A stretch of 50,374 nt of DNA from Candidatus Bathyarchaeota archaeon (GCA_004376645.1 SOJC01000077.1:1-50374), one strand, 5' to 3'. Shown: positions 9,610 through 19,739, counted from the first letter of the stretch. Translations and numbers: made by a program. Notes: a model not told the origin generated them from the letters alone.

Positions 9610-11655
9610 TTGAGACTAGAATTGGGCAGAAGGGTGAAGGAAGAACTCTCTGGCGGAGTTGCTAAATCCTTTGTAGCTGAAATCACCCGATTCCACAGAG
9701 TCCAAGCCTCAACCATGTTTCATGAAGCAGCAAACTACGTGAAAGCAACATTACACAACATCGGACTTAAAGATGCGAGAATTGAACAGTTCACTTCAGA
9801 TGGAGAGACAAAGTATTGGACATGGACCACCCCAATTGGCTGGGAAGTGAAACACGCAGAACTGAACCTAATTAAACCAAAAGAGAAACTCATCGTCCGA
9901 TACAAAGACACACCAACGAGCCTTCACACCCACAGCAAAGGCACACCAGTCGAAGGCGTGACAGCAGAACTGATAGATGTAGGAGAAGGCACTAAGCCAA
10001 AACACTACGAAGGAAAAGACATCAATGGAAAGCTCGTCTTGGCATCAGGACGAGCGAAACGAGTGCACGAAGAAGCAGTCTACAAACACGGAGCCATCGG
10101 CGTAATCACGGATACGCTGACACATGAGATCGAAGACATTCGGGAAAGTCTAGACATACCTGACGCTCATGCCTACCAGTCAATCTGGCCAACAAAAGAA
10201 GAATTGGACAAGGTAAGTTTCGGTTTCTCCTTAAGCAAACGTCAAGGAAGTCACTTGAGGGCAATGCTTAGAGAAGGAGAACGGGTCGTCCTAAACGCCA
10301 AAGTCGACGCAAGATTATTTCCAAGCAAATTAGATGTAGTAACAGCAACAATCCAAGGCAACTTAAAACCTGATGAGGAAATTTTTCTAATCGCCCACCT
10401 ATGTCATCCAAGACCGAGCGCGAACGACAATGCTTCAGGCAGTGGCTTACTCATAGAGATCGCGCGCACAATAAAAACCTTGATAGATTCTGGCAAAATT
10501 AAACAACCAGCAAGAACCATACGGTTCCTATGGGTACCCGAAACCTTTGGTACAATCGCCTACTTGTACCATCACAAAGACAAAGTGTCAAAGCTAATCG
10601 CAGGAATCAACCTTGACATGGTAGGACAAAACCAAGAAATCTGCAAATCAACCCTTAACCTAGACAAAACACCTGACTCCAATCCTTCATTTCTCAACGA
10701 CTACATCTTCAACCTCCTAGAACGTTCAGTAGGAGAATTCGACCACAAGACAGCCTTCGGTCCAGGATCCACATTCAGATACACCATCACCCCTTTCAGC
10801 GGAGGAAGCGACCACGCAGAATTCAACGACAGCACGTTCAATGTCCCGTGTGTTATGCTACTTCAATGGCCAGACCTCTACTATCACTCCAGCATGGACT
10901 CAATTGACAAGGTCAGCGAGGATAGTTTGAAACGTGTAGGCTGGATAGCTACAGTCGCAGTCTTAACTCTTGCCAGTGCCACAAGCGAAGATGCAATCAT
11001 CATGGCGAACTTGACAAGAATCGGAGGGCTAACGAGGATCCAAGAAGCAGTAAAGAAAGCAATCGCAGACCTACACAAAATAATCAATGGAGCCCCGGAA
11101 GAGTTGGCGAAGAAATTATCAGAAATCGCGTTCAACCTAAAAAACAAAATTGAGCACATCATGTGGCGGGAAAAGCAGGCAATCAAATCAGTGAAAAGAA
11201 TAGGAAGTACTGTTGAACTCAACATCATCACACAATATACCAAAGATATAGAACAAAAGTGTCAGCTTGAATTGAAACGGTTCAACGAAATTCTAACCAC
11301 CATGGCAAAAACAGCTGGTATAACATTCCCAATCCAATCACAGGAACTGGAGGTAGTGAAGCAGGCGAGAAAGTATGTGCCCAGTCGATTGTTCAAGGGC
11401 CCTCTTAGCACCGACGCTTTAAAGAAGGCTATAGGAGAGGAACAAATTGAATGGCTTGAGGAGACCTCAAAGAAAGATAAAGAGTTCAGAAAGAAAACGT
11501 ACGAGATTATCAACTTCATGAATGGAAAACGCTCAATATACGATATCGCGAAGGCGGTGTCAGCAGAGTACAGCGAAACAAATCCAGACTATGTGATGAA
11601 ATTCATTCAGCTCCTTGAAAAAGCAAACTTCATCTCTATCCAGAGGTCAAACTAA
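9610..11655 (+). CDS. M28-like zinc aminopeptidase-domain protein (DUF4910-like) with PA insert and C-terminal winged-helix-like domain
   Basis: AHLCHP, ANDNASG, VPE, NLDMVG, GSDH, YHSSMD motifs. Confidence 0.8.
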   Translation: MRLELGRRVKEELSGGVAKSFVAEITRFHRVQASTMFHEAANYVKATLHNIGLKDARIEQFTSDGETKYWTWTTPIGWEVKHAELNLIKPKEKLIVRYKDTPTSLHTHSKGTPVEGVTAELIDVGEGTKPKHYEGKDINGKLVLASGRAKRVHEEAVYKHGAIGVITDTLTHEIEDIRESLDIPDAHAYQSIWPTKEELDKVSFGFSLSKRQGSHLRAMLREGERVVLNAKVDARLFPSKLDVVTATIQGNLKPDEEIFLIAHLCHPRPSANDNASGSGLLIEIARTIKTLIDSGKIKQPARTIRFLWVPETFGTIAYLYHHKDKVSKLIAGINLDMVGQNQEICKSTLNLDKTPDSNPSFLNDYIFNLLERSVGEFDHKTAFGPGSTFRYTITPFSGGSDHAEFNDSTFNVPCVMLLQWPDLYYHSSMDSIDKVSEDSLKRVGWIATVAVLTLASATSEDAIIMANLTRIGGLTRIQEAVKKAIADLHKIINGAPEELAKKLSEIAFNLKNKIEHIMWREKQAIKSVKRIGSTVELNIITQYTKDIEQKCQLELKRFNEILTTMAKTAGITFPIQSQELEVVKQARKYVPSRLFKGPLSTDALKKAIGEEQIEWLEETSKKDKEFRKKTYEIINFMNGKRSIYDIAKAVSAEYSETNPDYVMKFIQLLEKANFISIQRSN

Positions 11656-11664
11656 AAAGATTGA

Positions 11665-11742
11665 CTATTTATATCTAGCTCTACGTCGTTTCCGCTTTTT
11701 CTTCTCTCGTCTCTTCCTTTTCTTTTTCCATTTAGCTCGCAT
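11665..11742 (-). CDS. rpl41e: Ribosomal protein eL41 (eS32), 25 aa
   Basis: Manual translation MRAKWKKKRKRREKKKRKRRRARYK*; MRAKW start and 25-aa length match eL41; GAGG upstream; below the ORF-track length cut-off. Confidence 0.92.
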   Translation of the reverse strand: MRAKWKKKRKRREKKKRKRRRARYK

Positions 11743-11896
11743 CTATGCAGCCTCTATTCAACAGCGAGTGTCACATGGCAACCATTGAGCATGCCTAAGC
11801 AGTCAAATGATCCCTTTGTTGTCAGCCCAATACTTACCCAGTTGTTAAAAACCTTATGGTTAAGGCTCTACTTCCCAAGGTGAACTCACTGGAGAA

Positions 11897-12685
11897 TTAA
11901 AACCCTAAGAGATTCGAGATTGTGGGCACAGAGACGTAGATTTTTACAAAGATCCCAACAATTATGACAGCAATCGAAACTAACACCAACAGATAGTCGT
12001 TTCGCTTCATCTTCAGTGTGTATAAGTTGGTTCGCTTCTCAATTGCGCCCCAAGCTCTTGCCTCCATAGCTTCTGCAAGTTCTAGACTTCTTCTAATGGC
12101 GCTGATGATTAGGGGAATGAGAATTGGAATATAATTCCTTATTCTTCTTAAGAAGTTGCCTTTCTCAAGTTCTAATCCTCTAGCCTTCTGAGCATCCATG
12201 ATTGTCTGAGCTTCTTCAGCTAAGACTGGTACAAACCGCACCGCAGTCGTGAAAGCGAAACAGAATTCGTAGGGGATATGACTCTTCTCAAGAGCCAGAC
12301 CCAGATGGTCGGGAGAAGTAGTTAGAAAGAAGATTGAGAATGACTCAACAAGCGCTATGAAGCGTAGAGTCATTGCAGAAGCGTATTCGACGTCACTCGC
12401 CGTTAACGTATAGCCAGCGTATATGAATCGGAAGAGAATATTCGTTCCGAAAATGATCGAAGCTAAGAACGCGGCTCCTCTAAGTGAACGAATCCATTCC
12501 TTTTGAACCCGCGCTAAAATCACGAAAGGGATTTGAAACAGGAACAGAACAAGTAATGGAAGCAACTCGAAAAAAATTATTGCAACCACAAAGATGGAAC
12601 AAACATAGAAAAACTTGATCCGTGGATCTAACATGTGGATGGGTGAAGAAATTCCTCTAAACTTTAAACCATCGAAGACGCTCAT
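11897..12685 (-). CDS. ecfT: ECF transporter transmembrane T component
   Basis: LDPRIK, AQKARG and AMEARA coupling-helix motifs. Confidence 0.93.
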   Translation of the reverse strand: MSVFDGLKFRGISSPIHMLDPRIKFFYVCSIFVVAIIFFELLPLLVLFLFQIPFVILARVQKEWIRSLRGAAFLASIIFGTNILFRFIYAGYTLTASDVEYASAMTLRFIALVESFSIFFLTTSPDHLGLALEKSHIPYEFCFAFTTAVRFVPVLAEEAQTIMDAQKARGLELEKGNFLRRIRNYIPILIPLIISAIRRSLELAEAMEARAWGAIEKRTNLYTLKMKRNDYLLVLVSIAVIIVGIFVKIYVSVPTISNLLGF

Positions 12686-13500
12686 TTTCCACCCAGCCGC
12701 TTCAAGAGAAGCTCCTTTGCCTCGTAGAGATCAATCACATCAAGGGGAAATTCGAGGTCCTTTATTCCCATGAAAATCTCAGTTACTTGAGGCAGCACAA
12801 CTGACGCTTGAGTCAGGAGTTCAACATCTGTTAGCACGTCTTTCCCAATACCGTCAGCTACAATTCTTCCTCCAGACATGAGTATAACTCGTGGGTTGCA
12901 TTCTGACACAAACTCTACATCGTGGGTGACAACTACGACTGTCTTCCCTTGGGTATTAAGTTGGATTATGAATTGCCGAAGTTTTTCTTTTTGACTATAA
13001 TCTTGACCTATGGTGGGTTCATCCATGACTACAACTTGAGGGTCCCAAGCTAATACTGAAGCCAAAGCAACACGCTTTCTTTCTCCTCCACTCAACATGA
13101 AAGGAGACGCCTTCCGGTATTCCATTAGTCCCAGCAGGTTCAAGGCCCAAGTGACCCGTCTCTTCAGAGGAGCTTCCTTGAAGCCGAAGTTTTTGAGAGC
13201 AAATGCGATCTCATCCTCAACTGTTTCGCAGAAAAGCTGGTTATCTGGGTTTTGAAAGATGAACCCTACCTTTCGGGCAAGTTTAGCAACACTTACACTT
13301 TCAGTGTTCACACCATCAACTAGGACTGCTCCCTTCGACGGCTTCAAGAGACCGTTGAAATGTTTTATAAGAGTCGTTTTTCCCGCTCCGTTCTGACCCA
13401 TTATAGCTACGAACTCTCCTTTTCTGATCTCCAAGGAAATGTTTCGTAGTGCTTCAACCCCATTGGGATAGGTGAACCAGAGATCCTTAATTTCGATCAT
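12682..13500 (-). CDS. ecfA2: ECF transporter ATPase (A')
   Basis: GQNGAGKT, FQNPDNQL, LSGGE, MDEPT. Confidence 0.92.
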   Translation of the reverse strand: MIEIKDLWFTYPNGVEALRNISLEIRKGEFVAIMGQNGAGKTTLIKHFNGLLKPSKGAVLVDGVNTESVSVAKLARKVGFIFQNPDNQLFCETVEDEIAFALKNFGFKEAPLKRRVTWALNLLGLMEYRKASPFMLSGGERKRVALASVLAWDPQVVVMDEPTIGQDYSQKEKLRQFIIQLNTQGKTVVVVTHDVEFVSECNPRVILMSGGRIVADGIGKDVLTDVELLTQASVVLPQVTEIFMGIKDLEFPLDVIDLYEAKELLLKRLGGK

Positions 13501-14345
13501 GCCTTCAGAGCTCCTCGCACTAGCTCTCCCATTTCTTCCGCCATAATGGGCACCTTCTTTGAGTGAAGTGCCTTCTGTTCTTCCAGAAGCTGGAAGAGTC
13601 GTGTAACCTTCGGAATTCCGACACCGAGCATACGAGTCTTTTCCGAGTTCAAAACCTCTCTCGGTTCACCATCTAAGATGATTTTCCCAGCATCCATTAC
13701 AACTACATGATTCGCATATCTTGCAACCAGATCTAGCCGGTGCTCGATCAAGATGACTGTTACATCCAAAGATTCGTTTAACTTGCTAATCACTCCGAAG
13801 ATCTTCTTAGCACCTACTGGGTCAAGAAAGGAGGTTGGTTCATCCAACACTAGAATTTCGGGATTCATAGCCATTATGCTTGCTATGGCCACTCGCTGTT
13901 GTTGCCCTCCAGAGAGTTCATGTGGTGCCCGTTCCGCCAAGTCCATAATTCCAGCAGTTTCCATGGCCCAATTCACTCGTTCCCTCATCTCCTTCCTTGG
14001 AATGCCAAGGTTCTCCAAACCAAATGCTACGTCCTTCTCCACAGAAAGTGCAAAGAGTTGATTCTCTGGATTCTGGAACACTAACCCCACACACATTGCA
14101 AGTTCATGGATTGGATGGTCCACAACATTAAGACCATTCACAACGATCTTGCCCTTCAGTTCTCCCTGATAGAAATGAGGAATCAAACCATTTAGGCATC
14201 GACATAAACTGGTCTTTCCACATCCGCTTGGACCTGTAAGGATGACAAACTCACCCTTTTGAATCTCAAACGAGACATCATCAAGGGCGGGTTTTTCAGC
14301 ATTAGGATATGTATACGTTAAGTCTTTAGCTTCGACAATTACCAA
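13497..14345 (-). CDS. ecfA1: ECF transporter ATPase (A)
   Basis: GPSGCGKT, FQNPENQL, LSGGQQQR, LDEPT. Confidence 0.92.
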   Translation of the reverse strand: MVIVEAKDLTYTYPNAEKPALDDVSFEIQKGEFVILTGPSGCGKTSLCRCLNGLIPHFYQGELKGKIVVNGLNVVDHPIHELAMCVGLVFQNPENQLFALSVEKDVAFGLENLGIPRKEMRERVNWAMETAGIMDLAERAPHELSGGQQQRVAIASIMAMNPEILVLDEPTSFLDPVGAKKIFGVISKLNESLDVTVILIEHRLDLVARYANHVVVMDAGKIILDGEPREVLNSEKTRMLGVGIPKVTRLFQLLEEQKALHSKKVPIMAEEMGELVRGALKA

Positions 14346-14625
14346 CCTATGTCGCTCACCTTACAGCAAGATTCTCCCATTTAAGAGTAGCTACCTAATA
14401 TTTCGTAACGCAAAAGACAATATTTTGGCTCTGACACTCCTCCTAACATGCACGCGCTTTGCATATATGCGACGCATGCATGGGACTACTCAAATTATGT
14501 GAGACCATGAGAAAAATTGAAGAAGGGGAGATACTTGGCTAGGTCTGACATGTTCATAGTCAGCTTGAAAAGCTACTAAGATCCATGAATGCAACGTTGA
14601 AGCATCTTGTGGAACATATGAAACT

Positions 14626-15621
14626 CTAGGCGCTCCCAAGCTTCCTTTTCAGCAGCCTGATGCAGTGCTTCAAGCATTCTTCTTGGTCTCCGACACCATT
14701 GACTCCAGCAGACATTGCATGCCCACCACCCATACCTTGAAGATATTCCCCCAAAGGCTTTGCCAGATCTCGTCCAAGATGGACTTTTGTCGCCTGATGG
14801 AATTTGTGAGACGCGCGCATACTGATTTTGAGCTTATCGTCTCTCTGCCCAGCTACAATTGCCACATGGGCGCCCAAGGAAACTAACGCCCTTGCAGCAG
14901 AAGCTTGATATGCGCCAACATATGAAAGTGCCACAATCCATTTCCCAACTTTAAGAAGCTTGGTTCTCCTTGAAGCCTTCAAGCGTGCCACGCGTTCAGA
15001 TTCCTCCATCGGCATTGAGAGTAGGGAAAGCGTTTCTTGGGCTTTTACACCCGAATCTATAAGATCAGCGACAATCTTGAGAGTTGTTGAGTTTGCCAAG
15101 ATGAAGTGGCGTGTATCGAATGCTATACCTAAAAACAGCAATTTGGCCTCAGCCTCAGTGATTCGAACATTCATATCCATGAAGAATCGGTAGACAATTT
15201 CACAAGTGGAAGAGGCGTTCTCGTCAGCAACAGTCAAGGTTGCCAACTGTTCAGTTTCAGGATGGCTGGCATGATGGTCCACTACCACGATTGGGGAGTT
15301 TGCAGCCTCTACCCTTTCAGCCCAATCCCCTAGCTGCTGGATTGTGTTGGTGTCCAGCAATATGATGGTATCGGCTTCTTCAATTAGCGGATTTTGTGTT
15401 AGACTCTTTGAAAAAGCTGCCAGCACGCGTCTGGAAAGCCTGCTGGGTCCTTCTGCCGCTGCGATTTCAATTCTTAATCGAGGACGAATACGTTGCAATA
15501 GACTTGAAAGGGCAAGAGCTGCCCCTATTGCATCTGGATCCGCATTGTGATGGCATAACAGAATTACAAACCGGGCGTTCATGCGATCTAGAAGAGCTGT
15601 TAGATCCTGGATCGGCAACAT
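14626..15621 (-). CDS. DHH/DHHA1 family phosphoesterase (NrnA-like)
   Basis: HHNADPDA, LLDT, VVDHH, GGGH motifs; position downstream of pfdB. Confidence 0.88.
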   Translation of the reverse strand: MLPIQDLTALLDRMNARFVILLCHHNADPDAIGAALALSSLLQRIRPRLRIEIAAAEGPSRLSRRVLAAFSKSLTQNPLIEEADTIILLDTNTIQQLGDWAERVEAANSPIVVVDHHASHPETEQLATLTVADENASSTCEIVYRFFMDMNVRITEAEAKLLFLGIAFDTRHFILANSTTLKIVADLIDSGVKAQETLSLLSMPMEESERVARLKASRRTKLLKVGKWIVALSYVGAYQASAARALVSLGAHVAIVAGQRDDKLKISMRASHKFHQATKVHLGRDLAKPLGEYLQGMGGGHAMSAGVNGVGDQEECLKHCIRLLKRKLGSA

Positions 15622-15758
15622 AGTCCACTCAAGTGTCGTTCCAACATTTCGAACGTTTGCACTGTGGCTTCATCAGTAAGTCCTTTCGCAATGCAAATTC
15701 TCAACAAAGGATAAAGCATTTGGTCATCTGCAAGCTCAGGCAAGCTGATATTTTTCAA
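15600..15758 (-). CDS. Small 52-aa ORF, probable internally shortened DUF3194-like protein (possibly a remnant)
   Basis: TTG start after AGGTG; MKNISLPELADDQMLYPLLRICIAKGLTDEATVQTFEMLERHLSGLCCRSRI*; fills the pfdB-DHH gap. Confidence 0.55.
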   Translation of the reverse strand: MKNISLPELADDQMLYPLLRICIAKGLTDEATVQTFEMLERHLSGLCCRSRI

Positions 15759-15774
15759 TAGCTACACCTGAACG

Positions 15775-16155
15775 CTAGAGGTTAGTTGCAGTGGCGCCGG
15801 ATGATCCAGGGCTTAAATCTCTTCTCAGCTTCGCTTGTAGTTGGTTAAGCTGTGTTCGCAGCCTCTCTTCCTGTTTACTAAGCACCTGCACGCGTGTATC
15901 CAAGAGCTCCTTTCGTTCTCTCAAGTCTGCCTCAACTTTGTCCTTCTTCGACTTCACAAGGAGTGAACCGATGGATTTGTAGATGACGGCTTCTTCGGTG
16001 AGTGTACCCAACTCTGTCAAGGCTTGTTCAGTTTCGCTGGTCTCGAGCTCCACTTGCTGCTTCTGCGTCAAAACTGTTTGAAGACTACGTTGAAGCTGCT
16101 GCAGTCTAAGAAGCCGTTCTTGAACTTGAGGTGGAAGGTCTGACACTTCACTCAT
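15775..16155 (-). CDS. pfdB: Prefoldin beta subunit
   Basis: LPPQVQ, coiled coils flanking IYKSIGSLLVK hairpin. Confidence 0.95.
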   Translation of the reverse strand: MSEVSDLPPQVQERLLRLQQLQRSLQTVLTQKQQVELETSETEQALTELGTLTEEAVIYKSIGSLLVKSKKDKVEADLRERKELLDTRVQVLSKQEERLRTQLNQLQAKLRRDLSPGSSGATATNL

Positions 16156-16212
16156 TCCTTTTCCTCAGAACACCAACCAAGGATCTTCTGCAGCAATATT
16201 GACTCGTGTTAA

Positions 16213-16488
16213 TTAAGTGTTTTTGCCCTGGTTTTTCTCAAGTCGTTCAGTGGTCTTGTATGTGTCAACGATGAGGGCAACCCATCTGAGATATGAGTTT
16301 AACGTCGCTCGAAAAGCCGCTAGATCCTTTGCTTCAACTTCTATTACTAGCCTCTTCCCAAAACCTTCGATAAGAACCTTGGATCTGGATGTCACTGGCT
16401 TTCGTGTCTCTGGAAGCAGAGCATTCAGTAGAATCTTTACCATTCTCTTTGACGGTAGTTCAATGGAAACCCGGGAATTCCTTTTCAT
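16213..16488 (-). CDS. pcc1: KEOPS complex subunit Pcc1
   Basis: ALLPE...RS...AKDLAAFRATLNSYLRW; upstream of pfdB. Confidence 0.9.
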   Translation of the reverse strand: MKRNSRVSIELPSKRMVKILLNALLPETRKPVTSRSKVLIEGFGKRLVIEVEAKDLAAFRATLNSYLRWVALIVDTYKTTERLEKNQGKNT

Positions 16489-16566
16489 TCTCTAGAACTC
16501 CCTACTTGACGAACCATGCATTCGGAGCAATATTGAATATCAACTAGAAAACTGGCCATATTGGTT

Positions 16567-17799
16567 TCATGCTCGTTTCTTAGCGCTAACAATATTGATG
16601 ACATCTCTGTCCTTCAATCTGTAATCTTCTCCAACTCTCGTTTTTGCTCGAGCTTCTATGGCATAAATAAAGCTATCACCTAGTTCTGTATGTATAAGAT
16701 ATGCAAGTTGGCGAGCTGTCGTTCCATAGGGAACAATATATGCGTCCGGTAGCACTTCCCCTTTATGGTTAGAAAGTTTCTCTATGTCCTCAACGGGATA
16801 GACAACTATACAATTTAGAAGCTTAAAATAAGCCGCGTTTATAGCTTCTTGGATCCCTGTTGCTCCAAAAGGAGCTAGGACTCTCTCCTTTATTGTTTGG
16901 AGAGCACTTAGCTGCATCTCTGTTAATACCTCAGATTGCAGTATGTTAAAGTTGCAGTCACCGGGCGTATAATCTATCCAGTTCCTTTCTGCTGCTCTGC
17001 GCATGGCAAGTTCAGCTTCCGCACTACATGGTATAACAGTATGATCTTGTTGTCTCAGTCTCTCCAAATTAGGTGCGGCGGTGGGCAGATCGATCTTATT
17101 CGCTGCGATGAGCATAGGTTTTGCGACTCTTCGCAAGGCATCTGCAAACTTTACGATGTCTCCCTCACTCCACAAACCAGGTTTCTCAGAATTCAGCTTA
17201 GTCTTCTTGATTGCTTCAAATATGTGCTCTCGTTTGATGGAGAGACCGGTTAATTTGTCTTCGAGTTGATTAACCAACTTCCCTGTGCCCCCCGATTCAA
17301 TGGTTCTCGCCATTCTAGCCCAATCGCGCTTCAAAATCCTAGCAATCCACATTGCGATTTCAACCTCAAGGAATCGTGTATCTTCTAACGGGTCATGGGT
17401 TCCGGGTTTACACTGTCGACCCTCAATATCTGTGGCTCCTGCAGCATCTACGATGTGAATAAGAGCGTCAGCCCTTCGAATCTCGTCTAAGAATTGATTC
17501 CCTAAACCTCGACCCTGCCAAGCCCCTGGTACTAATCCAGCGCAATCAATCAACTCAACAGGAATCAAACGGGTTCCGTTCTTGCATAATGAATTGACAG
17601 GATTGTCCAGCACATTGAATTCTGTATGTACACAAGGAGTGCGAACATAACCTACTCCACGATTTGGCCTGATTGTCGTGAATGGATAATTCGCGATCTC
17701 TGCTGGTGCCAATGTGGCCGCAGAGAAGAACGTGGATTTTCCTACATTAGGTTTGCCTACAATCCCTATTGCATATGGATGTTGTTTCTTGGTTGACAT
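16567..17799 (-). CDS. ychF: YchF/Obg-family translation-associated NTPase with TGS domain
   Basis: [29 protein letters not shown]-terminal TGS. Confidence 0.95.
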   Translation of the reverse strand: MSTKKQHPYAIGIVGKPNVGKSTFFSAATLAPAEIANYPFTTIRPNRGVGYVRTPCVHTEFNVLDNPVNSLCKNGTRLIPVELIDCAGLVPGAWQGRGLGNQFLDEIRRADALIHIVDAAGATDIEGRQCKPGTHDPLEDTRFLEVEIAMWIARILKRDWARMARTIESGGTGKLVNQLEDKLTGLSIKREHIFEAIKKTKLNSEKPGLWSEGDIVKFADALRRVAKPMLIAANKIDLPTAAPNLERLRQQDHTVIPCSAEAELAMRRAAERNWIDYTPGDCNFNILQSEVLTEMQLSALQTIKERVLAPFGATGIQEAINAAYFKLLNCIVVYPVEDIEKLSNHKGEVLPDAYIVPYGTTARQLAYLIHTELGDSFIYAIEARAKTRVGEDYRLKDRDVINIVSAKKRA

Positions 17800-18043
17800 T
17801 TCTAATGACTCTACAGGTATTTTCTGTTGGCATCAAATAAAGGCTTAATCAGAGCCTATCGGAATATAATATATCGCTATCGAACTATCTCAGAGAAGGA
17901 TGCTGCTTTTAAGGTGAGCAAAACTTAATTGTCACCTTCTTCTGTGAGTTAATTGCTTGAACTGGATTTCTGTAGCACATTTAAGCAACAAGATTTATTA
18001 AATCGTAATACTCGGTTCTGTTGTTGCGGAGGAACAGGTCGAA

Positions 18044-18358
18044 TTGCTTCCACAATTAAAAATTTGCGGACACAACGAGGAATATGAAAACATCGTCAGC
18101 GAAGCTGTAGATAAAACCCTCAATCAGGTTCTTGGTTCTGCTGCAGCCAATGCCATCTACTTCTATTTAGAGAAAGATCACGCAATAAAGAAGAACGAGA
18201 TTCCAGAGAAGCTTGAGTCCTTCTGCGAAGCAATCCAAGAATACCTCAGTACTGGAGCAGCGATGGTAGAGAAACAAATATTAAGAAACTTCTACTCAAA
18301 TTTAGAGTTATATGAAGAAAATAGCCCTACAAGTTCGCTGATCAGCTCAAAACACTAA
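18044..18358 (+). CDS. Small helical hypothetical protein (TACK output-domain-like)
   Basis: GGAGG RBS; EAVDxxLxxVLG...IYFYLE...EIP...F...GAxxVEKxI pattern. Confidence 0.6.
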   Translation: MLPQLKICGHNEEYENIVSEAVDKTLNQVLGSAAANAIYFYLEKDHAIKKNEIPEKLESFCEAIQEYLSTGAAMVEKQILRNFYSNLELYEENSPTSSLISSKH

Positions 18359-18666
18359 CACTATAATAGATCCAAACGGATAGCGACTCCTCAATAAACC
18401 TAAGATATTTATTAGAAAACTACCCCAAATAACTTAGTGCGGTATTGATGTCGCAAGAGATACCATCAACAGACCATTGGCAAAGACCTTATTCAAAAAA
18501 ACCCAATGGCCTAGAAGTCCGAACTAGTCAATCTAAGTCGTTTAGAATAAACAAGAAAAACTCTCTGAAAAGCACCTACTTTGCAGAAACCAGCAGAGGC
18601 TCATTACTTCCGAATAAATCCCGCGAAATATGCATTTGCTTCATTTAAGGACGTCTGAGATTAGTC

Positions 18667-19410
18667 TTGAAGTTCACTCATAATATAACTGCCACGCTGT
18701 ACATAGCTCTCTCTCTTTTAGGACTTTTCCTGATCATTGCACTAGTGGAATCTTCTCATCCAACGACAGCAAATCTCTCCTGGCGGAAACCTGCCATAGG
18801 CACTTTATTCAGCATAGTGTGCATTACAGGAATCTTAGCCGGTGTATTCCCTTCAAAATGTTCAAGCACGATTCATTTTGGGAGGATTCAGTCAACAACT
18901 CGGGGGGCAGAAAACGAAACAGTATTTTCTGGGCATCACCCACGCTGTGGACAATTCAAGGCTCACATATTCCAAATAGGTGACAAAGTTTTTTGCGCTG
19001 GATGTACAGGGTTGATTATTGGAGCTGTTCTCTCCCTCTTTGGAGTTGTAATGTGCTTCACGAACCAATGTACTTTGTTAGATGGTCCTCTTGTATTTTG
19101 GGTTGGTGTCATAGGAGTCTGCTGTGGATTACTTCAATATCACTTCTTCAATTGGGGAAGTTATTTTGTTCATCTTATTGTAAACGTGCTTTTCGTTTTT
19201 GGTTCTTTCTTGCTTCTCATAAGCGTTGATGCAATTACAAAGAGTTGGATCATCGATGTATACTTGATTGTCCTAAGCGTTTTCTGGGTGTTCACCAGAA
19301 TCTCGCTCTCTCAGATGGATCACAAAAGGATCTGTAGTGCATGCCCCATGGAAAGGTGTAAATTCTCCAAAGAAAAGGATGAAGAACTTTATTCACGACG
19401 CATCCCGTAG
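18667..19410 (+). CDS. Polytopic membrane protein with His/Cys cluster (DUF2085-like)
   Basis: About six hydrophobic helices; GHHPxC...H...FCAGC and C-terminal CxxCxxxxC. Confidence 0.6.
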   Translation: MKFTHNITATLYIALSLLGLFLIIALVESSHPTTANLSWRKPAIGTLFSIVCITGILAGVFPSKCSSTIHFGRIQSTTRGAENETVFSGHHPRCGQFKAHIFQIGDKVFCAGCTGLIIGAVLSLFGVVMCFTNQCTLLDGPLVFWVGVIGVCCGLLQYHFFNWGSYFVHLIVNVLFVFGSFLLLISVDAITKSWIIDVYLIVLSVFWVFTRISLSQMDHKRICSACPMERCKFSKEKDEELYSRRIP

Positions 19411-19739
19411 AGAGCCCCAGCTATGATAAGTACTCCGAGAATGACTATCATCAAAGGCCATAAGACGTCCAAAACTTGTAGTCCGGAGAGTATAGCAAAT
19501 CCTATGATAACGATTATGAGCCCGAAGATTATCCCCGCTATTGCTCCTCCGTATGGAAGCCCAAAACATTCATCTTCCGAATGGCGTCCTTCACTAGATC
19601 CAAAGCATCCGCCTTGTGAGCGGTATCTTTTTGGGGTAACTTCTCGAAGGGATACTTTACAGTTCGAACAGACATCAGCATCATCCTCATTCTTGGTTCC
19701 GCACTTTGTGCAGTAAACCAACTTCATTCTCTCCGACAA
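19389..19739 (-). CDS. Zinc-ribbon domain membrane protein
   Basis: YCTKCG...CSNC ribbon, two CFG motifs, two C-terminal TM helices. Confidence 0.75.
   Translation of the reverse strand: MSERMKLVYCTKCGTKNEDDADVCSNCKVSLREVTPKRYRSQGGCFGSSEGRHSEDECFGLPYGGAIAGIIFGLIIVIIGFAILSGLQVLDVLWPLMIVILGVLIIAGALYGMRRE

Noticed and set aside
6752..11655. TldDE as part of a RiPP (microcin-like) biosynthetic cluster
   Set aside because: No YcaO, cyclodehydratase, radical-SAM enzyme or precursor peptide nearby.
11686..11730. Pyrimidine tract read as an archaeal terminator or simple repeat
   Set aside because: Better explained as the antisense of the Lys/Arg codons of eL41, though a dual terminator role is possible.
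18445..18648. 67-aa ORF in an intergenic gap
   Set aside because: No clear RBS, motif or protein-like pattern; cannot be supported.
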